From the NCBI RefSeq assembly GCF_001447785.1, contig NW_015160219.1, positions 270,650-334,649 of the forward strand: a stretch of DNA of 64,000 bases. Direction: 5' to 3'. Position 1 is the first letter of the stretch. Each line of letters opens with the position of its first letter. The position numbers and the translations under genes are program-made. The notes under the pieces are model-generated. The model did not search any database. It saw nothing but the letters and a program-made list of their open reading frames with translations, and was not told the origin of the DNA. This stretch comes from Gekko japonicus (lineage: Eukaryota). Shown piece after piece: positions 1 through 12,699 of the stretch.

Positions 1-321
1 GTTTAAAGGGTGAGCCACCCTGAGGGCTGTTAAAATTGCTCAAGTATGAAAAAGGATTGTCGCTGTCTTTTTATGAAAAGTAATTTTCCCTGTGCAGTGG
101 TTATGTTTATAGATTCAGCTGATGCAAACTGAACAGTATGTGATGTGGTTGACCTGGGACTACCTGGTCCCACTGAGGCTTAGAGTTCATCTCTGTCCCT
201 AGGTGTCAACAGTACTGGGACACAATTTTTTCTGACGAGAGCATGTATTGTGTTTCTTGTCCTTTGGTCTGACTGCACAATGCTGGTTTATCTGACCTAA
301 CAAGTTCCCAAACTGCTTCCT

Positions 322-400
322 TTATCTGATGAAATCAGTTCAAGACTATGAAAGCTCAAACCCAGAATGCATCTGTTTAGCTTTTAGACTGTGCCAGATT
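322..400 (+). mobile_element. Old Penelope-like terminus with minimal hammerhead motif
   Basis: CTGATGA-stem II-GAAA-GCTC at 326-357, followed by a degenerate pLTR tail (tttagcttttagactgtgccag). Confidence 0.5.
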
Positions 401-828
401 ACTTGTTGTTGTTTTTAAGAATAAGGAACAGTTAAGAGAGGCAAGGGTAGTCTTCACCAATAGGAAACTGGGTTAGCTGCTCACCGTCCCAGACTGGGAG
501 GCAGAACTGTCCCCATCCCCCCTGCCTTGGTTCCATCCGGGGCTAGGCCACCTATCCCCATCCCCCCCGTTAATTCAAGGGTTCCATCCGGGGCTAGGCC
601 TTGGTTCCATCCGGGGCTAGGCCACCTGCTTGCATCAACAGCTGCTCATGCCTGCTCCATCTGGGGTTTGAGTGACTGGCCTGATGGTGGCTGCCACCAC
701 TTGCCCCAGTCCCACCTGGGGCTCAGTCCTGTGAGGGAGGTTAAGCTGAAAGTGTGTGACTGGCAGAACATCACCTACTGAGCTTCCATAACAGAGTGGT
801 GTTCAGACCCTGCTCTGAAGCTCTAACT

Positions 829-1328
829 CAGGGGTGTCAGACTCGTTTGATATGAGGGCTGGATCTGACATAAATGAGACCTTGTTGGGCCGGGCCATGT
901 GTGTCATAAAATGCAATTTATTTATTTATTTATTATCAAATTTATACCCCGCCCTCCTCGCAAAGCGGGCTCAGGTAGCAGAGTAATACCAGGTAGCAGA
1001 GATATAAACTTTATAAAGGACACAAACACAAAGGGGTTTTTTTTAACTTAAAAACATGCTTAAAACATTAGCACTCTTGCAATATTTTGTTTATTTAACG
1101 GTGTCTGATAACTGACACCTCTTGCCCTGAATTATTACATCAAAATGTCTGTGCTGTTGCAATCTTGAGTATGCTGTTCAGGTGTGTATCTGTAAGCTGC
1201 AAACCTACAATGATGCAGCAGTAGCAGAACTGGAAGAAGAAGCAAAAGACAGCCAGTTCCACTGTGGGCCTGACAGAAGCCCTCCAGGGGCCTGATCCAG
1301 CCCCCAGGCCACATGTTTGACACCCCTA
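829..1328. mobile_element. hAT-type MITE containing a nested L2-tail fragment (~917-975)
   Basis: TIRs CAGGGGTGTC/GACACCCCTA; 8-bp TSD ctctaact/ctttaact. Confidence 0.85.
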
Positions 1329-1792
1329 CTTTAACTGCTACACCACTCTGGTTTTCATAGGGTAGCTTCTGTTAAACACTAGCAAGCAGCCAGGCCTAGG
1401 TGAGTGATGGTTGCTGCTGGTTCTGGTTCTGATGAGTCCTCCCTCAAAGGCCAAAACAGGCCAAAACAGTCCTGAAAAGTGCCCTGCCTTCTCCCCTGCC
1501 TTTTACTGACAGAAATCAAGCCTAGAATGTTGTGGTTGCATAGCAACTGCCACTGATGGTTTCCATTTCTTAAAGTAACAGGTATTCCTTTTACCATTTG
1601 TGGGTTTTTTAAAGGTTTCGATGTAATTTTTTAGGTTTCAGATTTTTCTGCAAACCTGGGTCATTTTTTCAGGTCTGTAGAAAGATCCGTCTTGTCTGGT
1701 CACAGCTCTTTTCAACAAATTTAAGTATCTTCATTTTTGGCTGACTTTGCTATTATTAGGATGAATATATAAAAATGTGTTTTTCATTTCAG

Positions 1793-1924
1793 ACACTGTC
1801 ATACAATAGACACAGTCTTGCCAATGACACAAATCAGGAACAAGCAAAAGAAATCTTCATCCGACGCCAACACAGTCAGAGGCAGCCCATGAAGAAAGGA
1901 AACAGCCTACCCTGGGGAGGGCAG
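1793..1924 (+). CDS. SLC9A4: Na+/H+ exchanger 4, third-to-last coding exon (132 nt, phase 0/0)
   Basis: ttttcatttcAG acceptor and CAG|GT donor. Encodes [44 protein letters not shown], resembling the recalled NHE4 tail [44 protein letters not shown]. Confidence 0.92.
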
Positions 1925-3810
1925 GTAGCTATTATACACGCTGTGGTATTCCTGGAATTGAACCACTGAAATAGCTGGATTGTCTACAGATACAAAGGCC
2001 ACTTGTAACCAGTGTAGGCTTGGGCCATGGAGCATTTTTATCCTTTGTGAATCCCATTCCTCAAGCCTTGATTCTGCATTGTAGCAGAATAACATTTCTT
2101 TGTGCTAATGAAGAGATAGATTTGCCAGGATTCTCTTCATTGTTGGTTCCCCCCCCCATGTGTGTGGCTAACATATAGGTGATTAGTATGCTGCATAGCA
2201 AGAAATGCTCACTCTTGAAAGCTCTCCTCTCCCTTTAACCCACCCCCACAGTTTTCTAAAAGTCCTCAGAATGGTGTGAGGTAGTTGGAAAAGGGGGACA
2301 TTCCCCCTTCATAAACCTCAAACGTTAAAAGCCCCTTTTCTCTGGTAGGTAGAAAACAGTCTTTCTTAATATATGTAGTCAAACGAAACGTCTGAAAAAA
2401 GCACCGGGGTTGACTGCTATTAGTCTGCTGAAGCTTCCAGCCAATTAACTTCATGAAATATATCTTTAGTCTTACATTGTGTACACGTTTATAAAGATAG
2501 GGGAAGCCAAGACTGTGATATAATCAAGGAACAGGAAATTAAAATATAGAACCTGTTTTTCTCAAGAAGCTGAAGAAGTGAGAGAAAGCTAAGGAGGGAA
2601 AAGTAGAAGAAATATAGCCTGCAACATTTATTGAAAAGAGGCCTGTGAAGACGTCTCAGTAGGTGTTCCTCTCTGAAAACTCTTTTGCCAAGGCATAGAT
2701 CAATACTAAAATCTATAGGCTGTATTGGCTTTAGTGTGGCCTGTTTTCCCCCCCCCTTTATTTACCTATTCTTGCCTCAGTCAGAGATCCTCCGTGGTTG
2801 GACAAGCTGTCCTTTACTCACAGTGATAGTGCACTGTGGGTTCTGTAGACCAGAGTGCTGCATAACTACAGTAGTGCTTGTGCATTTTGTCCAAAGTCAC
2901 CATGTGCTGCGACCATATGCGCACCTTAAAGACCTCAGTATTTATATCCGGTGAAATATAAGTACACAGACAATGTTATAGTTAACTTGTCTCTAAGTCT
3001 GAAACTCTTTACAGTTCTGAAACATACCCTGGAGACCCAAATTTCATTGTAAATTTCATTTTAGCAGAAATGGTTTTCTTAACGATGCTACTAATACACC
3101 ATGTGCTATACTCAGTTGCAGAGTTGTGCCCTAACTGTTGGCCAATTCTGATTCGAATGCATTCATGGTAACAGTCAACGGGCATCATCAGTTCACAACT
3201 TATTTGTATGTTTTCAAGAGTTACGCTAGTTCCTTACTTCATCCTGTTTGACCTTTCAGTCTCTACTGAGGGAAGACATAATGGGAAAACACCACCTTTT
3301 GATTGTGATTATTCAGGTGCTTTTCACAACCGTGAGAGACAAAGATATATCTTTTCCAGGGCACCTCTCTTTTTCGCCTGGTTTTTTATGCCTGAGAATA
3401 GCTGCTTTGTTTACTAGCGTGAGTAGCAGTCTATTATGTAAGGCCCTTGTAAAAAGTTGCAATAATACCTAAATCAAATGTATCATTGTGTCCAGCCTCT
3501 CCCTTAAATGCCAGCCTTTCACACGCTATGGGCAGGAAGTCACACAAAACATAATTCTCAAGCTCTTAGCTACATCTTGTCACTTTGATCTTAGTGGAAA
3601 ATCCATCCCCTGCAACTCCAAACTTGGGTGGCCAGGTTTTATGAAGTCAGGTCTGCAACAAAGAGGAATCAGTTTTAATTCTTTATGAACTTTCTTCCCA
3701 TGAAGATGCAGCCAGCATTTCCATCCACCAGACCTGTCCCATAGTAACCTAGCGCCTCCCATTCTAGCCCCACCAATTCTATTCTAATCATAGTGAATTT
3801 GTATTAAGAC

Positions 3811-4016
3811 CAGTGTTCCCTCTAAGCTGAATTCGTGTGAGATAGCTCACAGTTTTGTAGCCTCTGGCTCACAGATTTTTGTCTTAGCTCAGGAAGGATG
3901 GCTCCAGAGCAAACTAATTTATGCAGTAGCCAAATTGCTCGCTGGCAACTTTAATGCCAGTAGCTTACAAAGTGGAATTTTTGCTCACAAGACTCCACAG
4001 CTTACAGGGAGCATTG
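3811..4016 (+). mobile_element. 206-bp hAT MITE
   Basis: TIR CAGTGTTCCCT; perfect 8-bp TSD ATTAAGAC; sister copy at 15519-15724. Confidence 0.9.
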
Positions 4017-4068
4017 ATTAAGACATGTTCCCACAATAAGCATTTTGGGAAGAAGTGTTCCTTTATTA

Positions 4069-4265
4069 TAAAGTCAGGTGGGTAGCTCTGTTGGTCTGAA
4101 CCAACAGAACCAAGTTTGAGTCCAGTGGCACCTTTAAGACCAACAAAGTTTAATTCTGGGCATAAGCTTTCTTGTGTATGCACACTGCATGCACACGAAA
4201 GCTTATACCCAGAATTAAACTTTGTTGGTCTTAAAGGTGCTACTGGACTCAAACTTGGTTCTGTT
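4069..4265. mobile_element. Fold-back (palindromic) Penelope-terminus element
   Basis: 80-bp arms 4103-4182 and 4186-4265 with 4 mismatches; flanking TGTTCCTTTA(T/A)TA duplication. Confidence 0.8.
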
Positions 4266-4618
4266 CCTTTAATAGTCAGCTGTAAAGTAGAAATGGCTGC
4301 CTGTAACTTCAGCCTGGACTGATGCAGCCATCTGCAGGTTCTGCTGCAAAATGGAACCTTGGGGTGTTCAGTATGAGCTGATGTTGCTTCCTAAGGCCTT
4401 GTCAGAGATCCCTTAAGTGGGGTTGGCCTTGGTCCATTGCTTGCACCTGCTCCATCTGGGACTTCTGCCTAGCTTGCTTGAGGAGAGGGCCATGCCTTGG
4501 TTGTCCAAAGCTGGGGGCTTGGTGGGGGCGGCAGTGATTCTTGGCCTCATCCTGGGCCCCCAGAATCACTAACACTTCCCCTGCTCTTAACTCCCCGGAT
4601 GCTTTTCTTTGTCCACAG

Positions 4619-4706
4619 GCTGCTCTACGAAACATGCGCTATTTGTCTCTCCCCCATGGCAACCCTCGGCCAGCCAGAAGGGAAGCCAGGACTTATGAGT
4701 CAACAG
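4619..4706 (+). CDS. SLC9A4: NHE4 penultimate coding exon (88 nt, phase 0/1)
   Basis: cttttctttgtccacAG acceptor and G|GTAAGA donor. Encodes AALRNMRYLSLPHGNPRPARREARTYEST, similar to NHE4 AGTKNIRYLSYPYGNPQSAGRDTRAAGFS. Frame joins both flanking exons. Confidence 0.9.
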
Positions 4707-5749
4707 GTAAGACTTTTGCACATGGCCCAAGTATCATTTGGACAAGTACAATCTCCCATACTCTCCTGTAAGCAATCAAATGAGACTGTGGCCTGCTTGT
4801 GGGCTGCCCTGTGGCAATTGATTGGTCATACTGGAGCTAGGAATACGGCCCACAGTCTGATTTGGCATGGCCACTTCTCTTCTTAAGAGTTGTTTTTAAA
4901 AATGTGTGTGACATAAATAGAACACGGTAATATGCCTGCAGACTATATTTGGCCCTCTTGGAGCCCCACACCCTGGTAAAGCACCCCATTCTCACGCCCT
5001 TGTCCTTCCAGCAAAGCAATGAAAGACAAGCCACAAGCTGATGCTGTAATTTTCGCTGTGCTTCATATTGCTTGTCAGATTGCCAGTGGTTTTGAATCAG
5101 GGCCAGCTTTTGTTTAGCACATTCTCACGCTCCTGCTCTTCACAGTGATAGCCTTTAACCCCCTGCCTCCATTTCTTTCTTCCGTAAAAGAGAATCAGCA
5201 GGGCAGCTGAGTTTGTGCCTAAGTCTCTGGAAACCAAACATGACTGGGGTAGTAGAACTGCCATCTTTTTAAAAGGCCTGCATCCGCACATTGGGGAATG
5301 TTTCACTATCATTGCACTATAGAAATGGTTTGCAACTGGATTTTCCAGGGTGGACAAGACAACTCAGTTGCAGCTGACGGTAACCATAGGACAATGTCTA
5401 ACAATGTGTTGATGCAGCCAAAGTGTCATTTAAAGCTGCATGATGAGCAGAAAGAAGCAGGGGATGCTTTTCCCGGCATGGGGATTCAGTGAAGGAGAGA
5501 AAGCTTTTTTCCACTTCTTTTCTTGCTTCTCATGGTCCTTAGAAATCAACTCTAGACTTTAAGACTTGATATCCCTTTAATGCAAGCACAGTGAGAAGAT
5601 AAACTCTGAGGTCGTTCTGGTGGCTTGTGTTCAACCATCCGTGCATGGAAGTCACACAGTGTTTCCCCTCATTCCTGAAACCCCTTCTGGTGCCGGGAAA
5701 GACCATTCTCCGCGGTGTGGGACCCACAGGATGGAATAGCCTCACTGAA

Positions 5750-6243
5750 TCAGATGAAGATGGAGGTTCTGTGGTGGTGGTGGGGTTTCAGGGCTGGGGC
5801 ATAGATCTCCCACTCTAGATGGGGTGCCACTAACACCGGAGCAATCCGTCAAGAGTTTGGGCGTGGTCCTTGATGCCCTGTGGGATCTAATGTAATTCTT
5901 CAAGGCCTGTAAGACAGGGATGTTCCGCCAGGCTTTTGGTTGAGGACAGCAATGGTTTTCCACCATAGCTGGCACCCTCCTCTTTTCTTCCATCTTACAT
6001 CCTTCAGCCTCCTCCTTAACCTGCCCATGGGATAGAAGAACGGACCAGAGTGAGCTTTACATTAATTATGGACCCCATCTGGAGACTACTATATTGGGAT
6101 TGACTGACTGATGATTTTAAGGTCTTAATGTTGTTTTTAATAATGTTATGATGATGTTTTTAATCTGTTGTAAATCGCCCAGAGCTCGGTGCATTCAAGG
6201 ATTGGGCGATCCAGGAATTTAAAATATAAATAAATAAATAAAT
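5750..6243 (+). mobile_element. L2-clade LINE 3' fragment
   Basis: Similar to the L2 copies at 47-49 kb and 55-56 kb; ends in a cgcccagagc...gggcg stem and a (TAAA)n tail. Confidence 0.7.
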
Positions 6244-7508
6244 GGGTTGGGGCAGCGAGGCTTGTGTGAAGAGGGACAAAGGACAGACATCGTCTCTTCC
6301 CTCATTGGAGCTGTGCTGATGAAAGAGGGGCATTTCCATCCCTCATCCTGCTTCACTCCAACCCCCAGAACCCACACAGGTATTCCTCTATGAGAGTCCT
6401 GCAACTCTGGAAATGATCTTAGCACAGATAAGAAGGGCCTGCAGAAATGGAAAGGAATGTGAGAAAACGGCATCCTGTGCCTGGACGCTGATGTTTTTGT
6501 GGTGCCTGGAAGATCGTGTCTAGATAATTTTTTTCAACCTGTTTCATAATTTTTAATAACAAGTGGTTGACTATATGATTTGAATGTTAGGCAGACCTGC
6601 TCTAAGTGGCCAGAAATGCCTTTGTAGCTGTAACTTGCCCTCTGACACCCGAAGGGACCTGAAACGAACATGATTTGGTCACAGGTCTGTCACCTGGACC
6701 TTTGCAACCCTATTAATTACAGGTGACCTGAGACCCCTCCTGTTTTTCAGTGGCAACCAAAACAGTTATCTAATGAAATAACTGAACTAGAAAACTGTAA
6801 TGTGATTGAATGCCGTAACTCAGTGGTTTCATGATGTAATGCGTATAATAGGGATCCTAGATAGTGATACTAGCTACATCCCTTGCTGTGATAATTGCCA
6901 GCTTTGCACATGTTGGTTGCCTGACTTGGCTCATTTCCTTGTGGCATGACTAAAAGCCAGGCTTTGGAACCACCTGTGTCTCTTTCAGGCAGTTGAATGG
7001 CAACGCATAAAGCTCAGTGTATGTGAACTGAGGTGCCATAGGGCTTGTATCTGTCCCTCCACCCCGTCAAATGCACAGGATCTCTGTCAGGCAAAACAGG
7101 AGGCAGCTCCTAGATAAGAAGAGTGAGGGGGGACTCTAGAGAATTTAGGCAGCTCTGGTGAAATGGAAAAAACCACCTGATGACTGGGAAGTTAATAGGA
7201 TTTGAGTGTAGTGTCTCAGCCCTCCCAGGGAGTGGGTGTCACAGCAAGGATGGCAGAGAGAGTGAGCATAATCAGAGTCTAGTCCAAAGCCAGAGTTTTT
7301 TTTATCATGCTCCCCTCCTCCATTTTATCTGTACAACAACCCTGTGAGGTAGGTTAGGCTGAGAGTTTGTGATGGACAGAGTGGGGATTCAGACCTGGCT
7401 TTCCCAATTCCTAGTCTGACAGTCCAGCCACTACTCTCTAGTGTGGTGCTCTCACACTTGTTCACTAGTCCTGCTCTTGTGCAGTGACAGAAGCTTGACA
7501 TAAACATA

Positions 7509-7923
7509 GATTCAGGTGGGTAGCCGTGTTGATCTGAACAGAAAAAAGTTTGAGTCCAAAGTTTGAAGACTAACAAAATTTTATTCTGGGTATAAGCTTT
7601 TGTGTGCATGCCCATTTCATCAGATACATTGGGCTCAAACTTAGTTCTCACATCTGTTTATTAACTCTTTTATGTGCATGCTAATCTACTGCCATTCTCA
7701 GGTCTTAACAACTGCTTTAAGCCAATCTCAGTTTATCGCTCAGTTACTTATGCATCTTGACTCTAACCAGCCTTTCCTGGCAACTGACACCCCCCCCCCA
7801 TATGTAAGGCCTGAGGAAATCTGTTTCAATATATCTGAAGACGTGTGCATGCACATGGAAGCTTACACCCAGAATTAAACTTTGTTGGTCTTAAAGGTGC
7901 CACTGGACTCCAACTTTGTTCTG
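7509..7923. mobile_element. 415-bp non-autonomous Penelope-like element with inverted hammerhead-bearing ends
   Basis: Perfect 14-bp TSD TTGACATAAACATA (7495-7508, 7924-7937); HHR-like motifs at ~7590-7627 (-) and ~7831-7868 (+). Confidence 0.8.
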
Positions 7924-8739
7924 TTGACATAAACATATTTAGCTTCACCTGCTGCCTGTCAGGCAGCTGTTAAAACTGCAGGAACCAAAAGTGGCAAACT
8001 TGTCTGGGTCTGGACATGACTACACTGTGGTATGTTGGTTAATTTAGGATATGACTATCTCCTTTACAAATGGGGAGCTCAGGGTTAACTGTGAGTGCTC
8101 TTTCTCCATGTTATAAGGGAGGTCAGTTCATACCCCATAGAATATCCACATATTGCACTCAAGATATTTTAAGTGCTTCCTTTGAATTCAATAAACTGAA
8201 TCTGGATTCCGCCTCTTCCCAGGAGAACTGGTAAAAGTGAAAACTCTGGTACAAGGAGGGCAATAGGGGACGTTTTCACATTTGTCTCCATAACCCCGAG
8301 GACCAGAAACTTGCCTTAAGGACATTTCATATTTTACTTTGTTTAAGTGTGATTCTCAGATTCTAAAATGCGTAAAATATATATGCATGAAACATGTTTG
8401 CATGCATACTATCCTCACAGAGCCAGGATTAGATACAGCCTCCCGGTGAACATAGCGGCAAACCCAGATTTACTTCTGTGTAATGTGTGAGATGATCCCA
8501 AGGTGGCCTCTTTTAGCTGCATAGATTTGTTCTAATTATATCTGCTTTACCAGTATTACATCAATTTTGCACGAGCCATTGGAGAGAGCAAATTTGTTTC
8601 CCATATGATGATATGGTTGCTGATTAATAAATGACCTATTTACACTTGATAAGAGACTCTGTGAAGGAGGAGGTGAAAGTGCTGTAATTTACCCTCTGGA
8701 TAGTCTCTTCTTGTACTAATCACTTCTATCTGAATCCAG

Positions 8740-9119
8740 GTGACGACAGCAGTGACTCGGAGTCTGTGTTCATTACATTAAGCTCACGACCTCGGTCAGG
8801 GTCCTGTCCAAAAAAGTGGCAACAGCAGGAAATGCTTCCACTGCAGCAGCTAGACTCAAGAGCTGGACCAGCTGGATTTACAGGTCACAAACGAAGAACA
8901 AACCAGTCGACTAACATGTTTGTGGTAGAAAAACCACTTTTACCCCCAAAGCCTCAGCTGAATGCAATGCTTGAAAATGATATTCTGTACAACAGTTCTG
9001 AAGATGAGATGGACAGAGCAGCGCTCCCTTCAACATCCTCTGTCCGATGGGCAGCAGACACCAGAAATGAAAGACACTTTGGTGAAGCAAAAAGACACTT
9101 CCCTGGAAGAAAAGAGTGA
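8740..9119 (+). CDS. SLC9A4: NHE4 final coding exon, to TGA
   Basis: tactaat branch point, then ccAG acceptor. (G)DDSSDSESVFITLSS...LPPKPQLNAM...SVRWAAD matches NHE4 DDDSSDPGSPSITFS...LRPKPLFHAV...SRWTAD. Position upstream of SLC9A2 agrees with the known tandem synteny. Confidence 0.88.
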
Positions 9120-9253
9120 TTATTCCCCCCCCCCTCCACAGAACAGATTGCAATTTTCTTTCCCTGGACTGTGTTCTATTGGAAACTGTCGATGGATTTC
9201 TGATTCCAGTTTAGCCAATGGGAAATGTTTACACAGTTCGATATTATGGGGAA

Positions 9254-9259
9254 AATAAA
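9254..9259 (+). terminator. Candidate SLC9A4 polyadenylation signal
   Basis: AATAAA about 135 nt after the stop, followed by a GT/T-rich tract (ttgtaagttgtttatgctttgg). Confidence 0.4.
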
Positions 9260-9487
9260 ATATTTGCAATCTGATTGGCTGGAAATTGTAAGTTGTTTAT
9301 GCTTTGGCTATTTATGTAGATGTCTCATTCCATTGAATGGAATGAAAAATAGATTTAGACTTCCAGTCTTTCAGCTTTAAAATTAGCCTTTCCCTGTTAT
9401 ATGCCACAGTGGCCAGAGTCAGGTGAGAAGCACTGTGTTTGTAGCAACAGCAGTCAGTCAGAGAAACCATTGCGCTTAACTGGTAGT

Positions 9488-9697
9488 GGAAAATGCCATC
9501 AAGTCGCAGCCAATTTACAGTGAACCCATTGGATTTCCAAGGCAAGAGTTGAACAGAGGTGGTTTGCCATTGCCTGCCTCTGCATAGCAACCCTGGACTT
9601 CCTTGGTGGTCTCCCATCTGAGTACTAACCAGCCCAGCCCTGCTTAACGTCTGAGATCTGACAAGATCAGGGTAGCCTGGACCATCCAGGTGAGGGC
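9488..9697 (-). mobile_element. 5S rRNA-derived SINE
   Basis: Reverse strand resembles 5S rRNA (GATCTTGTCAGATCTC...TAAGCAGGG...GGTTAGTAC...GATGGGAGACC) with an RTE-like tail. Confidence 0.85.
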
Positions 9698-9707
9698 AAT
9701 ACTTAAC

Positions 9708-9988
9708 TTTGTTGTTATTGTTGTTCAGTCTTTGCAACCCCATAGACCACATCACTCCAGGCCCTCCTGTCTTCCGTCGTCCCCCGGAGTTGGCTCAATT
9801 TCATGTTCATTGCATCAGTAACACTGTCTATCCATCTCATCCTTTGCTGTTCCCTTCTTCTTTACCTTCAGTCATTCCCAGCATCAGGGTCTTCTCCAGT
9901 GAGTGTTCCCTTCTCGTTTGGTGGCCAAAGTATTTGAGCTTCAGCTTCAGTATTTGGCCTTCCAGGGAACAGTCAGGGTTGATTTCCT
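9708..9988 (-). mobile_element. RTE-BovB LINE 3' end
   Basis: Typical BovB 3' sequence (cccagcatcagggtcttctccagtgag...ggccaaagtat...cttcagcttcag) and a (CAA)n-type tail. Confidence 0.85.
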
Positions 9989-10374
9989 ATTTATTTACAG
10001 GAACTCTTTGGAAGACCTTGGGCATTAGACTTGTGCATTAGAATCAAAACATATTCCAGTTTGACACTGGGCGTAGCTCTCTTGAATGAAACAGCAGCAC
10101 AGGCCATTGCCTAAAGGAACGGTGTATATTGCATGATCTCCATACTGTAAAAACTTCTCTACAACTGGTTGAATAATGTTGGCATGGACCACTCTGCTAT
10201 ACTGTACACTGATGAAAAGTTCAGGAAGACACAATGGGAAGCACTAACTCTGAGAAAAAAATAGTGTTTAAATTATATGAATGTATCCCTGTGGACGGCT
10301 TCATATGAACTTATCAATTCAGTCCCATGTACCTGTTCATAGCCCTGTTGGTTTTAGTGGTGGCTGTGGAATGG

Positions 10375-10552
10375 TATGGTATATAGGCGCAATCTCATCA
10401 GATCTCAGAAGCTAAGCAGGGCTTGTACTTGGAGGGGAGGCTACCACAGAAGACTCTGTAGAGGCAAGCAACTGCAAAACCCACCTCTGCTTCTCCCTTG
10501 CCTTGAAAGCCCCTTGCTGGAATCACCATAAGTCAGTTGTGATTTGAAAGCA
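10375..10552 (+). mobile_element. 5S-derived SINE (degenerate)
   Basis: atctcatcagatctcagaagctaagcaggg box A; tail ccataagtcagttgtgatttga. Confidence 0.7.
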
Positions 10553-12699
10553 CTTACGTACACATGTATTGGTTTAGTGGCATCTCTCACGTGCCTAAGT
10601 GTACTGATTTGTTCATTCAGATACTTGCATTGCTGGCTTCGACTCCATTGACTCTTCTCTACCATTTGGTTATATATACAGGCACTGATCACATAGTGAA
10701 TCAGATTTAAATTTCATTGGTTTCAAGTACAATGGAAGTTAAGTGCTCCACAAGTCTGCGGTATTGGACAAATGCCCAGAGGTCCAGTAAGCGATGCACT
10801 GTGCTATCTGTGTGATAACTCAGAGGAATGTTACTGCCTTGTCCTAAGACCATCACATTTCTTTCAGAAATATCTTTGAGGATTTAAAAAGTGGGCTTAG
10901 AAGAGATTTCCTCCAGTGGGAGGACAGCAGGAGACTGAACAATCGTATTAGGCTTTGAGTGAGTGGGAGAGAGAGAAAAGGTAGCTGGGGGGGGGAAGGC
11001 TAAGAGGATAGGTTGTCCCCTCCCCTATTCCATCGCCATACAAGAGGCAGAAGCAGATGATGAGACTTTGTAATTGAAAAACTGGACATGGAGGAAATGC
11101 AGGATTTTTTCTATTTGTCTGTTTGAGACCTCTGAAGAATCAATAGGGGGAAAGTGTCCCAGAGGGAAACCATGGGGAACAATGTAGAAAGCCTCATCTT
11201 CCCTACCCACTGAAAATATTGCTGCAAGCAATAATTATATTTCTGAAGACAAGGAGTTCATTGGTGTTCTTTGTGGAATAGTTCTGCAATAGGTTTTTCT
11301 TTTAAATAAGCATCACTTGCATTATATGCATTTTCCCCAGTCATGAAAAGAATCCAAATCTCGCTTCTTTGGCTTGGCAAACAGATATCCATTTGTACAC
11401 ATTTTTTTTTTAAGTACGGTGAACCAAAGAAAAGAATCTTGCCTCTCATCCACAGACAAACCAAGAGTTAGGAAAGAGGCAAGGCAAAGAACACAGACAG
11501 TATCGAGCAACCACAATGTCTGCCTGGAGTGATATATTAAATACAATTAAGGGATCCAGTGATGTCGGTATAAAATTGAATCACTGCCTAATAGAAATCA
11601 TGGGACGTAGTAACCCATGATTAAATAGTAACTGACAGTCAATAGAAATGCAGTTCTGAAGTGGAAGAGTAAACTCCACTCTCTAGAGTTGTCATATATA
11701 CCCTACCCTGAAGACAATTAGATCATGAGATAAGCATTATGATACAACAGAAATATACAATGTATCTTGCCAGTGAGCTTCTTCAAATCATGCTCCTCGC
11801 CTGTGTCTGTGAAGGAAGCAGCCCCAGGGAAGGGGCAAGCACACTGTGGAACAGACTTCCTAGCACAATTTTTTTTTTGGTCACGGGTGAACTGTAAGAA
11901 TTGCACCTTGCAAGCTGGTTATTGGAGATATACCTTTAAATCTCCTGATGCACCAGGAAAGCACTGGCTCCTCCTACCTGTTACCTTTCTGAGCCCATTG
12001 TGAGTGCCTTCCTTAACTGCTCTGGAGCACACCAGGCATCTTGCTCACCACAACAGGTGAGATGTCTGATGTCTGAGACAGCAGCCCTTATGGACTGGAT
12101 TTAGCTGCCATACACAGCCATGGGTCTTCTCTAGATGATGAATGAGGATTGCCTATGCACTGGTGACGTGGGGGCATCACTGCTTTGGTTGTGCTAAATG
12201 AGTGTACATGAGAGAGAGAAAAGACATAGCACCTGTACAAGAAAGTGGTTCTAATGTAGGCATGGTAGGGTGATGTCAAGCTGAACTTTTGTACTGGCTA
12301 TGAATGAGTCATGGAATAGAACTGTTTACTTCAAAAGGCAGCAAATAAGAACAATATGTGTGTTTGTAAGAGCTACGCTTACTGCTGTAGAGTTGTTACC
12401 AAAAAAATGAACTGATTATCTTGCTTACGTGTGGTGGGGGGAAATCTAGAGAGAATGGTTGTATTGATTTGGAAAGGAAAGGAAATTGGCAGATTCCCAA
12501 TCTAAATTGAAATACAATTGTGAAAGAACACTTAGTTCCATTATCGACTGTTATCCTGAATTGCATTGCAATTACCCCCATTTGCAGAAGCCTGAAGGCT
12601 GATATCATTTTACAGCTTTTAGGAACAGGCAACTGGGAGAGAGTATTAGCTAGGGGTGAGAGTAGGTTATGTTGTTTCTGATTTACAGGGTATGGGGAT

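Noticed and set aside
2375-2400. CGAAACGTC resembling a Penelope hammerhead half
   Set aside because: No upstream CTGAnGA core or stems.
9488-9697. 5S rRNA or tRNA genes at SINE heads
   Set aside because: Diverged, fused to LINE-like tails and dispersed, so they are SINEs rather than functional RNA genes.
11025-11546. Two in-frame minus-strand ORFs suggesting a pseudogene
   Set aside because: Three intervening stops and no recognisable homology.
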